The position numbers and the translations under genes were made by a program. From the NCBI RefSeq assembly GCF_000803625.1, contig NZ_CP007496.1:600001-632000 (forward strand): a DNA stretch of 32,000 nt. The letters are read 5' to 3'. Positions 16,782 to 23,891 of this stretch are shown one piece after another (position 1 is the first letter of the stretch; every line of letters starts with the position of its first letter). The stretch is from Candidatus Nanosynbacter lyticus. Its GTDB lineage: Bacteria > Patescibacteriota > Saccharimonadia > Saccharimonadales > Saccharimonadaceae. Under the pieces are notes generated by a model. The model was not told the origin of the DNA and searched no databases. It saw nothing but the letters and a program-made list of their open reading frames with translations.

Positions 16782-16858
16782 CGCGGGGTAGAGCAGCCTG
16801 GTAGCTCGTTTGGCTCATAACCAAAAGGTCGTAGGTTCAAATCCTACCCCCGCCACCA
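16782..16858 (+). tRNA. Initiator tRNA-fMet (CAU)
   Basis: The sequence is near-identical in layout to E. coli tRNA-fMet (CGCGGGG-TA-GAGCAGCCTGGTAGCTC...TTCAAAT...). Positions 1 and 72 are unpaired (C1xC72), A11:U24 is present, and the anticodon loop is CTCATAA with encoded CCA. Confidence 0.88.
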
Positions 16859-16866
16859 AGAAAAAT

Positions 16867-16898
16867 CCCTCTTCTTTCGGAAGGGGGCTTTTTCTTTT
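16867..16898 (+). terminator. Intrinsic terminator after tRNA-fMet
   Basis: CCCTCTTC (16867-16874) pairs with GAAGGGGG (16880-16887, one G-U pair) and is followed by CTTTTTCTTTT. Confidence 0.8.
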
Positions 16899-16914
16899 AG
16901 GTTACTTACATACA

Positions 16915-17340
16915 CTAAAACAATTCTCCCTGACGCTCACCCCAAGAAGCCTCAGCAGACTCAATCATATCTTCCGGCACTTGACAGCTTGAACTTGCAG
17001 CTGAAGAATTTCCATTCTCCCGATTCTTCCTCGCACGCTCCAGAGCCTTACGTGCCAAAGCTGCGCCTCGTCTATTTATCTCTCTTTGCTCCTCGGATAG
17101 TGAGACTCTTCCTGGCTTAGGATGCATCAAATCAGATTCAGACGGCTCTCCATAAGGCCTATGTCGACTTCTGCGCCACAAACCTCTCATATTAGGCCGC
17201 TTTCCGCTACTCGATAAACCACCACTACACTCAGGTCGATCGCCATCAACACTATATCCGTAATCATAATAAGTGCCACAGCCCTGATCAACACGTCGAT
17301 CAGCCTCGCCTTCGGGCGTAGTGTCATATACCGGCAACAT
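16915..17340 (-). CDS. Hypothetical protein (141 aa), low-complexity, Arg/Ser/Gly-rich
   Basis: The ORF is trimmed to ATG 17340, with TATAAT about 23 nt upstream. The C-terminus has a basic helix, LSEEQREINRRGAALARKALERARKNRE. No family recognised. Confidence 0.4.
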   Translation of the reverse strand: MLPVYDTTPEGEADRRVDQGCGTYYDYGYSVDGDRPECSGGLSSSGKRPNMRGLWRRSRHRPYGEPSESDLMHPKPGRVSLSEEQREINRRGAALARKALERARKNRENGNSSAASSSCQVPEDMIESAEASWGERQGELF

Positions 17341-17490
17341 CGGAGTTTTTTCCACAATTGTATTATACCATAATAAATGATAAGTTTCAATACAATCAAA
17401 AAACTCCCCTGCTATTTTGCAGAGGAGTTGTGGCACCTGTTTGTTTGGTTATACTATATCACCAAACACGCTTATGGTGCAAGCAAAAGA

Positions 17491-17697
17491 CTATTTCTTC
17501 TTAGATATTGTCAAGAAACCGTTGCGTGGATTTTCTTTTACAATACGATCTTCTGGCAAATCACATGGAGTGCCCTTCTCATTCTTCTCAACCTTAGCGA
17601 AGAAATAGATGGTTTGAGTCTTGCCGCCGCGCAAAGTTACGTCAGTCTTATGCAAGTAGTATGTGATGCCCTTTGAATTGGTATGCTTGTAAGCCAT
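17491..17697 (-). CDS. Small conserved-looking hypothetical protein (68 aa)
   Basis: An AGGAGG Shine-Dalgarno lies 11 nt upstream and TTGACA is at 17763-17758. The sequence MAYKHTNSKGITYYLHKTDVTLRGGKTQTIYFFAK resembles a widespread small-protein family of unknown function (from memory, unverified). Confidence 0.6.
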   Translation of the reverse strand: MAYKHTNSKGITYYLHKTDVTLRGGKTQTIYFFAKVEKNEKGTPCDLPEDRIVKENPRNGFLTISKKK

Positions 17698-17764
17698 TTG
17701 GTTATGTACCTCCTATTAATGCTATACCTATATAGATTACTATCTCTATATCACCCCTGTCAAG

Positions 17765-18430
17765 CTAAAAAAGCTTATTTCGCTGCTTCAACATTAATTT
17801 TAATACGCCCAAGATAACCAGGCGCACTATAATAATCACGGCAATCAGTATTGTCACCAACAGCGACCATCCAGCAAAGTCAGCAGACCACACTGGTGAT
17901 ACAAACGTATGATAATACGGCTCGGTCGAAGGAGCTTCAAACTGTAGATTAGCAACCTTAGCAGCAGGATACTTCTCCCATTCTTCATTAATACAATTTA
18001 TGTATCTTGGGTCTGCCTGTGTCGTAAATCTACCATAGCCACCCTGCTGAGCCTTGGCATCGCAGACGAAACGAACTTTTGAAACCGTATCATTATTTGA
18101 TCGATTTTTAATTGCCTCTTCAAACTCTTTTAATTTCTGTTCGTACGCTCGCTTATAAGTATGATCTAAGGCTATTTTGCCCGGATGAGCGTTCATATGC
18201 ATTGAAACATATCTCTGCAAATCGTACAGACGTCGCTGAAGACTAACTATGTCACCGGTTTTGTCAGCATTCTCTACAGATTCTCGCCGCTCCACCATGC
18301 CAACATTATTAAGACGAAGAAATGTTGCCGAAATAAAAGAAGACATGACTAATAAAATGACAAGCTGCCAAGTCTTAATTTGACTGAGCCGCTTAATCCT
18401 AAATTTAGTCTTTCTCTTGTCTATTACCAT
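17765..18430 (-). CDS. Hypothetical bitopic membrane protein (N- and C-terminal TM helices, central extracytoplasmic domain)
   Basis: A 221-aa ORF with hydrophobic segments at residues about 21-38 and about 186-208. No family recognised. Confidence 0.55.
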   Translation of the reverse strand: MVIDKRKTKFRIKRLSQIKTWQLVILLVMSSFISATFLRLNNVGMVERRESVENADKTGDIVSLQRRLYDLQRYVSMHMNAHPGKIALDHTYKRAYEQKLKEFEEAIKNRSNNDTVSKVRFVCDAKAQQGGYGRFTTQADPRYINCINEEWEKYPAAKVANLQFEAPSTEPYYHTFVSPVWSADFAGWSLLVTILIAVIIIVRLVILGVLKLMLKQRNKLF

Positions 18431-18498
18431 CCCACCATCTTCTCTCTAATTTTAGTATATCAAATTATCTAAATGACGAGAACCTACCCAACTTACAG

Positions 18499-18507
18499 TG
18501 CTATAAT
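18499..18507 (+). promoter_or_regulatory. Extended -10 box of murC; predicts a leaderless transcript
   Basis: TGcTATAAT is followed by 6 nt (AAAGTT) and ATG 18514. Confidence 0.6.
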
Positions 18508-18513
18508 AAAGTT

Positions 18514-19764
18514 ATGAGGATTTATTTTTCGGGAATTGGTGGTGTCGCCATCGGTCCACTTAGTAGGATTGCCTTAGATGCAGGATATGACGTCTGCGGC
18601 TCAGATAAATCACCAAATCTTATCACTGATGAGCTAGAAGCGGCCGGCATATCTATTTCCTTTGACCAATCTGGTGAATATTTACGGTCAGAGCATAAAA
18701 AGGTGCCTTTTGACTGGTTCATTCATACCGCCGCATTACCTAACAATCACCCAGAGTTAGTTTTAGCCAGAGAATTAGGCATAAAAACCAGTAAGCGCGA
18801 CGAGCTATTGGCGCAGATAATTGCCAACAAGAACCTGAAGCTCATTGCAATTGCCGGCACCCACGGAAAAACCACCACCACAAGCATGTTAGTCTGGGTG
18901 ATGCAGCAACTGCAAATTCCCGTCAGCTATTCTGTTGGCTCGACATTAAGCTTCGCGCCAAGTGGAGAATTTAATGAAAATAGTCAATTTTTCGTGTACG
19001 AGTGTGATGAATTTGATCGCAATTTCTTACATTTTTCTCCGGAAATTAGCGTAATTACTTCGGTAGATTATGACCACCCAGACACATATCCAACAGAAAA
19101 ATCTTATTTAGAGGCTTTCCATGAGTTTGGCGAAAAATCCAAAAAAGTTATTGTCTGGCAAGAAAACTCCACCACATTTAATCCAAAAAACCTAATCACT
19201 TTAAGTGGCGCCGATCAAAATATTACCATACCCGGTAAACATAATCGAAAAAATGCCACACTGATAATTGAAACGTTAAAGCACATACCCACATCCGCCA
19301 ATAAGTCAGAAATATATCAAGCAATTAATTCTTTTCCAGGCTCAGGGCGTCGCTTTGAAAAATTGGCCGACAACTTATATTCTGATTATGGTCATCATCC
19401 AATTGAAATTCGCGCAACATTACAAATGGCCCGGGAGTTATCAGACCAGGTAGTGCTAGTATATCAACCACATCAAAACGTACGTCAGCATGAAATAATA
19501 GACCAGTATAGCGCGGATATTTTCCGTGATGCTAATGAAATTTACTGGCTGCCAACCTACTTAACTAGAGAAAATCCAGACCTACCAATTCTGACACCAC
19601 AACAACTCACCAAAAATATTGATCCAGAAAAACTTCATTTTGCTAATCTTGATGATAATCTGTGGCAAAATATTACCACAGCGCAAAAATCAGGAAAACT
19701 GGTCCTCTGTATGGGTGCGGGTACAATTGATGGCTGGATTCGTGAACAATTAGCTAAAGACTAG
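18514..19764 (+). CDS. murC: UDP-N-acetylmuramate--L-alanine ligase (MurC; Mur ligase family)
   Basis: N-terminal YFSGIGGVAIGPLSRIALDAGYDVCGSD, Mur ligase P-loop IAGTHGKTTTTSM, and a C-terminal Mur ligase domain are present. At 416 aa, an Mpl-like specificity cannot be excluded. Confidence 0.75.
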   Translation: MRIYFSGIGGVAIGPLSRIALDAGYDVCGSDKSPNLITDELEAAGISISFDQSGEYLRSEHKKVPFDWFIHTAALPNNHPELVLARELGIKTSKRDELLAQIIANKNLKLIAIAGTHGKTTTTSMLVWVMQQLQIPVSYSVGSTLSFAPSGEFNENSQFFVYECDEFDRNFLHFSPEISVITSVDYDHPDTYPTEKSYLEAFHEFGEKSKKVIVWQENSTTFNPKNLITLSGADQNITIPGKHNRKNATLIIETLKHIPTSANKSEIYQAINSFPGSGRRFEKLADNLYSDYGHHPIEIRATLQMARELSDQVVLVYQPHQNVRQHEIIDQYSADIFRDANEIYWLPTYLTRENPDLPILTPQQLTKNIDPEKLHFANLDDNLWQNITTAQKSGKLVLCMGAGTIDGWIREQLAKD

Positions 19765-20108
19765 CGATCATCGCCACTGCCGTGAATCTTTCCACGACTC
19801 TGACGACTAAGCAGTTTATCGTTATTTTTACGCGCTACTTCCTCCAAGCTACTGCCAAGCAGATGAGATATAGAATTAATATACCAGAGTGCATCACCCA
19901 GCTCCTTAATGATTGCGGCACGATCATCTTCAGAGATTTTGCCATCTTTGTCCCGTAATATTTTCTTAAATTTCTCCATTACTTCACCGGCTTCGCCACT
20001 CAAACCGAGGACCTGAGACATTAGTCTAGCATCAACATCACCATACTGATGAGAATCTTTATCTGTCAATGTAGAAAGTGCTTTTGTTGAGTAGTCGTTA
20101 AATTTCAT
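19761..20108 (-). CDS. MazG-like nucleotide pyrophosphohydrolase domain protein (intact)
   Basis: It carries LGLSGEAGEVMEKFKK...ELGDALWYINSISHLLG, the EAGE...E..D pattern. An AAGGAG Shine-Dalgarno lies 4 nt upstream. Its stop shares the palindrome CTAG with the murC stop. Confidence 0.75.
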   Translation of the reverse strand: MKFNDYSTKALSTLTDKDSHQYGDVDARLMSQVLGLSGEAGEVMEKFKKILRDKDGKISEDDRAAIIKELGDALWYINSISHLLGSSLEEVARKNNDKLLSRQSRGKIHGSGDDR

Positions 20109-20130
20109 AAAACTCCTTAATTTTAGTATA

Positions 20131-20775
20131 TTATCTGTGCGCCGCTTTTACAAAATTGATAATTCTACCCTCACTCAGCCAACGCTGTTCGTAGGCGGTA
20201 AGGATTTTGTAGTCTTCGCCGAGATCTGACTCGTGCAAATCAAAGGTCAATTCTTTCAAACACCAACCTTCAGTAACCAGCTGCTCGAGACTCCAATTGA
20301 AAAAGTCAGGATTGTCATGTTTGATGATTAGCGACCCGTCAGGTTGTAATAATTCGGCATAAGTTTTTAGAAAATGCGGATGCGTCAAACGACGTCCAGC
20401 ACTGCGCTTTCGCAGAAATGGATCAGAGAAGGTTAGCCAAATAGCATTTAGCGAGTTAGGTGTAAACAACTCGCCAAGCTGATCAGCCCGAGCTCTAACA
20501 AAAAACACATTATTAAGCCCGCGAGCCTCCGCTTCCCGCGCACCTTTCTGCAAGCGATCGCCCTTGACATCAACCGCCACAAACACCTGTTCCGGATGAC
20601 GGGTCGCCAACTCCACTATAAACATACCGTTACCAGCACCAATTTCCACCACATCAACCTGGTGCGGTACCCATTCATCAAACTCAAAGCATAGCGGCGA
20701 GTTGTGAAACAGCGCAAATTTATATTTTTTACGCTTGCGGGTAATAATAAACTGATTCGGATCGACAAAACTCAT
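20131..20775 (-). CDS. trmB: tRNA (guanine46-N7)-methyltransferase TrmB
   Basis: The SAM motif VEIGAGNGMF and the TrmB motif FSDPFLRKRSAGRRLT (compare FPDPWxKxRHxKRR) are present. Confidence 0.85.
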   Translation of the reverse strand: MSFVDPNQFIITRKRKKYKFALFHNSPLCFEFDEWVPHQVDVVEIGAGNGMFIVELATRHPEQVFVAVDVKGDRLQKGAREAEARGLNNVFFVRARADQLGELFTPNSLNAIWLTFSDPFLRKRSAGRRLTHPHFLKTYAELLQPDGSLIIKHDNPDFFNWSLEQLVTEGWCLKELTFDLHESDLGEDYKILTAYEQRWLSEGRIINFVKAAHR

Positions 20776-20799
20776 ATTTTACATTATACTAAATCAATA

Positions 20800-21702
20800 A
20801 TGGATAAGCTTATAAAACAGTTTTTGGACTCTTCTACTTTAGGGCAATGGCTACATGGAAATAACATGGGCTGGCTAATTAGCGAGCGTATTATTGACAC
20901 CATAAGCGTTGTTGCTGGTTCCGTTTTTGTATACTTTATCGTAAAATATTTACTTTCTTCAGCGATACATTACTCAATTCGCTCTACCGCTAAACATCGG
21001 TCCTGGCACCACAAGGATATAGAAAAACGTGAAAAAACCCTTATTCAGTTAACCCGCAGTTTCTGGCGAATTATAATTACGTTTTACGTTGTTGCCATCA
21101 TTGCTAATAAGTTATTTTTGTTCGATTTATCACCGCTCTTTGCTAGCGCCGGAATAATTGGTGTGGCCTTAGGATTTGGCGCCCAGTCACTAGTTAAAGA
21201 CTTCCTGTCTGGAATTTTTATCATCGCCGAGAACCAATATCGCGTCGGTGACGTGGTTGACATCATGGGCGCCGCCGGCACGGTTGAAAGAGTTGGCACT
21301 CGCACCACTGTTATACGCGACTCTGGCGGTAATGTCCATTACGTACCCAACGGCACAATTCAGCATGTCATCAACAAAACGATGGGCTACAGCATGTCGC
21401 GCTTTAGTATTTATATTGACCCCAGCTCTGATATATCTGAGGTTACACACATTATTAATTCTACTGGCGAAAAATTAGCCAAAGAAAAAGCTTGGCAAAA
21501 GAAAATTATTGATCCACCTAAATTTGTTTCTGTCGGTGACATTACTGGGAGAGGTACGGAATTAATTATCGCTGGAAAAACTCAGCCATCCGACCAATGG
21601 GCAGTAACTTCTGAAATGCGTCATCGCTTGTTGCAAAACTTTGACCGCGAAGGAGTCCTTCTGGCAACGCTGCCAACACCAACACCAATAATTAAAAAAT
21701 AG
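20800..21702 (+). CDS. mscS: Small-conductance mechanosensitive channel (MscS family)
   Basis: The pore helix and beta-domain signature GVALGFGAQSLVKDFLSGIFIIAENQYRVGDVVDI is present. I trimmed the start to ATG 20800 because the track ORF start at 20704 overlaps trmB. Confidence 0.85.
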   Translation: MDKLIKQFLDSSTLGQWLHGNNMGWLISERIIDTISVVAGSVFVYFIVKYLLSSAIHYSIRSTAKHRSWHHKDIEKREKTLIQLTRSFWRIIITFYVVAIIANKLFLFDLSPLFASAGIIGVALGFGAQSLVKDFLSGIFIIAENQYRVGDVVDIMGAAGTVERVGTRTTVIRDSGGNVHYVPNGTIQHVINKTMGYSMSRFSIYIDPSSDISEVTHIINSTGEKLAKEKAWQKKIIDPPKFVSVGDITGRGTELIIAGKTQPSDQWAVTSEMRHRLLQNFDREGVLLATLPTPTPIIKK

Positions 21703-21703
21703 T

Positions 21704-22048
21704 TTAGTTACTACGCAGACCCAATTCTTTGTCACTGAGCACATCGTTAGAAAATGCTTTGATTTTGCTTACGTTGTCTACTTCCTTATCATATACACCC
21801 AGGAAGTCTTTTAGCGTACCATGATTAACCTGACCCTGGGCGTCAAATTCACGACTCTTCTCGTTAGCATCTTTACTTATCTGCTTTCGACGTGACGAAT
21901 ATTCAGGACGACTCAAATCCAAACGATAAGCATCAGTTTTATAGTATGTAAACATGGCCACCAGGACCAAAAAAACAGAGATAGTAATTGTTAACCCAAT
22001 AAAAGTCACGAACTTATACTGACACAACAAGTCTTTTAGCCTATCCAT
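21704..22048 (-). CDS. Hypothetical membrane-anchored protein (114 aa)
   Basis: It has one N-terminal TM helix and an 8-nt overlap with the upstream secreted-protein gene. No family recognised. Confidence 0.5.
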   Translation of the reverse strand: MDRLKDLLCQYKFVTFIGLTITISVFLVLVAMFTYYKTDAYRLDLSRPEYSSRRKQISKDANEKSREFDAQGQVNHGTLKDFLGVYDKEVDNVSKIKAFSNDVLSDKELGLRSN

Positions 22049-22583
22049 TTTGGCCTCCAGAAATTGAGCCCTTAACAGCCTGAACCTCTTCCCTATACCT
22101 AATCAACAAATCATTCATCGTCTTTATGTCTTCAGACAAGCGATTTCGCGCGTCTCTGGCAGCAATCAACTTTTGATAGTAATCCGCTATATTATCTAGG
22201 CAACTAGCTCGCTGCAATTCGGTCATTGCTGTATCATAATCATTATAATTACTATTAAACTTAAGTCGCGCTGACTCAAAATTATTAGTGATATTGACTA
22301 ATTTAGAGCTATCCAGCTTGTTAATGGCTAGCCTACCGTTTAATCTGGCCATCAGTTTAGTAGAAATAGAATTATACCTTTGACCAACATTAACCCTAGT
22401 TAATGCGTCATTGGTATGAATATTCTTAACAGCCACTCGCACAGAACTACAGTTTTGACGAAGTGCTTTAGTAATTTCTGAATCAATACTAACGTCCACT
22501 GATTCAGCCAAAACTGTCTGTGGTGTGATTAGCAGACTTGAAGCAACTAAAAAAGACGCGAGATAGAAAGTGGTTTTTCTCAT
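22041..22583 (-). CDS. Hypothetical secreted helical protein with signal peptide
   Basis: The N-terminus MRKTTFYLASFLVASSLLITPQTVLA-ES looks like a Sec signal peptide. The protein has two Cys residues. TTGACT, an 18-nt spacer and GATAAT lie just upstream. The start could be ATG 22583 or GTG 22586. Confidence 0.55.
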   Translation of the reverse strand: MRKTTFYLASFLVASSLLITPQTVLAESVDVSIDSEITKALRQNCSSVRVAVKNIHTNDALTRVNVGQRYNSISTKLMARLNGRLAINKLDSSKLVNITNNFESARLKFNSNYNDYDTAMTELQRASCLDNIADYYQKLIAARDARNRLSEDIKTMNDLLIRYREEVQAVKGSISGGQNG

Positions 22584-22624
22584 CACTTAATATTATCTCA
22601 CGTCTTCTTGAATATAGTCAAATA

Positions 22625-22894
22625 TTACTTAAAGCGCTTTTCGACGTTACCCTTAACGTCTTTCGCAGTTTCCGTGACAGCATCGCCTACTTTTCGGGAA
22701 CCAACTTTTAACGAATCAACGCTATCTTTAGCTACCGCAGCCGCCTTACCGGCAACCTTTTCTGTGTCAGCCTTCAATTTGACGGCTTTCTTCTTTAAAT
22801 CTTTACGAGTCTCTTTACCGCTCTTTGGCGCCGTTAAAATTCCTGCTGCAAAACCTGCTGCTGCTGCACCGATAATTGCTAATACTTTTTTCAT
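22625..22894 (-). CDS. YtxH-like general stress protein
   Basis: MKKVLAIIGAAAAGFAAGILTAPKSGKETRKDLKKK matches the YtxH domain N-terminus. An AAGGAG Shine-Dalgarno lies 7 nt upstream. Confidence 0.75.
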   Translation of the reverse strand: MKKVLAIIGAAAAGFAAGILTAPKSGKETRKDLKKKAVKLKADTEKVAGKAAAVAKDSVDSLKVGSRKVGDAVTETAKDVKGNVEKRFK

Positions 22895-22916
22895 ATTACT
22901 ACTCCTTTTTATTTAA

Positions 22917-23138
22917 TTATTTTTTACGAAACAATCCTGATATTTCACTAAAAACTTTTGTTGGCGACAACCATTCGGTCGCACTGGCAACATTTGTCGT
23001 AATTCTGCCAACACTCTTCATGATTGCGTTAATCCTTACCAACAGGGTAATAACTACCACCAGCAACGCCACGATAATAACAGACAATAACCCGACTATG
23101 ATCGATAATAAGATTATGGTTGTTTGAATATCTTCCAC
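22917..23138 (-). CDS. DUF948-like small membrane protein
   Basis: It has a GTG start and an N-terminal TM helix followed by a helical tail. Its position directly upstream of the ytxH-like gene resembles the Firmicutes arrangement (from memory). Confidence 0.5.
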   Translation of the reverse strand: MEDIQTTIILLSIIVGLLSVIIVALLVVVITLLVRINAIMKSVGRITTNVASATEWLSPTKVFSEISGLFRKK

Positions 23139-23300
23139 GCCTTGCCTTTCTGTAAAAGTTTATATTTCTTATGTTTATTGTAGCATGCTTTACTAATTTG
23201 TTTGTATTAGATAATCTAACTATTTGACTATAGCATAAGCTTATTAAAATGTCAATAGCCCAATCTTCGAACAAAGTTATTGCGGTAAAATAATACGGTT

Positions 23301-23835
23301 ATGCAAAACATTATTAAGAAGTATATTCCAGAATTTGTCTATGGCGCAGTCGATGGCACCGTAACAACATTCGCGGTCGTGGCGGCCTCAGCTGGAGCTG
23401 GAATTTCCAGCGCGGTAATCCTTATTTTAGGTATTGCTAATTTAATTGCCGATGGATTCTCAATGGGATCCAGTGCCTACTTAGCAGCCAGCGCCGAACA
23501 TGACGAGTTGGTTCATAATAAGAAAAAAACAGTCCTCATCAAAAATAATAGGACTAATGACATTTTCAGCCTTCGTCATAGTTGGCAGTGTACTGGTCCT
23601 GCCCTACTTAATTGATGTTATAGTAAACCTAAAAATTTCCAGCACAACATTATTTTACGTTAGCTCAATATTAACTGCTGTCGTATTCGTATTAATCGGC
23701 TTCATTAAAGGAAAAGTTAGCGAGCAATCGCCGTAGCGATCATCCGTAATCACTCTAACGCTAGGTGCAATTGCAGCTGGTTTGGCTTACTTTGCTGGTG
23801 ATATTTTAGCATCTTGGTTAGGTGTTCGAATATAA
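23301..23835 (+). pseudogene. VIT1/CCC1-family (Fe/Mn transporter) gene disrupted by a frameshift and an in-frame TAG
   Basis: Frame A reads YGAVDGTVTTFAVVAASAGAGIS...GIANLIADGFSMGSSAYLAASAEHD (VIT signature). Homology continues in the +1 frame (SSKIIGLMTFSAFVIVGSVLVLPYL...) after the A7 run at 23523-23529. TAG at 23734-23736 then interrupts before the conserved C-terminus RSSVITLTLGAIAAGLAYFAGDIL, which ends at TAA 23833-23835. Confidence 0.75.
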
Positions 23836-23891
23836 CCCTCCGGTCATCTACTTTGGCAGAAAATCCAGATTATTCATGATACAGTAGAAAT

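Noticed and set aside
16070-16992. Track ORFs 16070-16252 (minus), 16625-16840 (minus) and 16810-16992 (plus) as protein-coding genes.
   Set aside because: Each is built across a tRNA gene (16150-16225 or 16782-16858) and its terminator. The tRNA cloverleaves explain the sequence fully.
22608-22916. Plus-strand 102-aa Ala-rich ORF opposite the ytxH-like gene as the real gene at this locus.
   Set aside because: The minus-strand frame has a recognisable YtxH N-terminal motif and an AAGGAG Shine-Dalgarno at correct spacing. The plus-strand ORF is the complementary Ala/Ala-codon shadow and has no initiation signals.
23139-23300. A possible yybP-ykoY (Mn2+) riboswitch upstream of the VIT1-family gene, since such transporters are often controlled by it.
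   Set aside because: The 160-bp upstream region is AT-rich. It lacks the conserved GGGGAGUAG-type and GACA-containing segments I remember for that riboswitch, and I could find no convincing four-helix arrangement.
7804-23736. In-frame TAA (7806-7804) in the MazG-like gene and TAG (23734-23736) in the VIT1 gene as evidence of stop-codon reassignment or programmed read-through.
   Set aside because: All well-supported genes in the window terminate normally at TAA or TAG at positions consistent with their homologs. UGA-containing frames are not needed to obtain full-length proteins, so standard code 11 fits. Both affected genes carry a second independent lesion (lost start codon; frameshift), which favours pseudogenisation.
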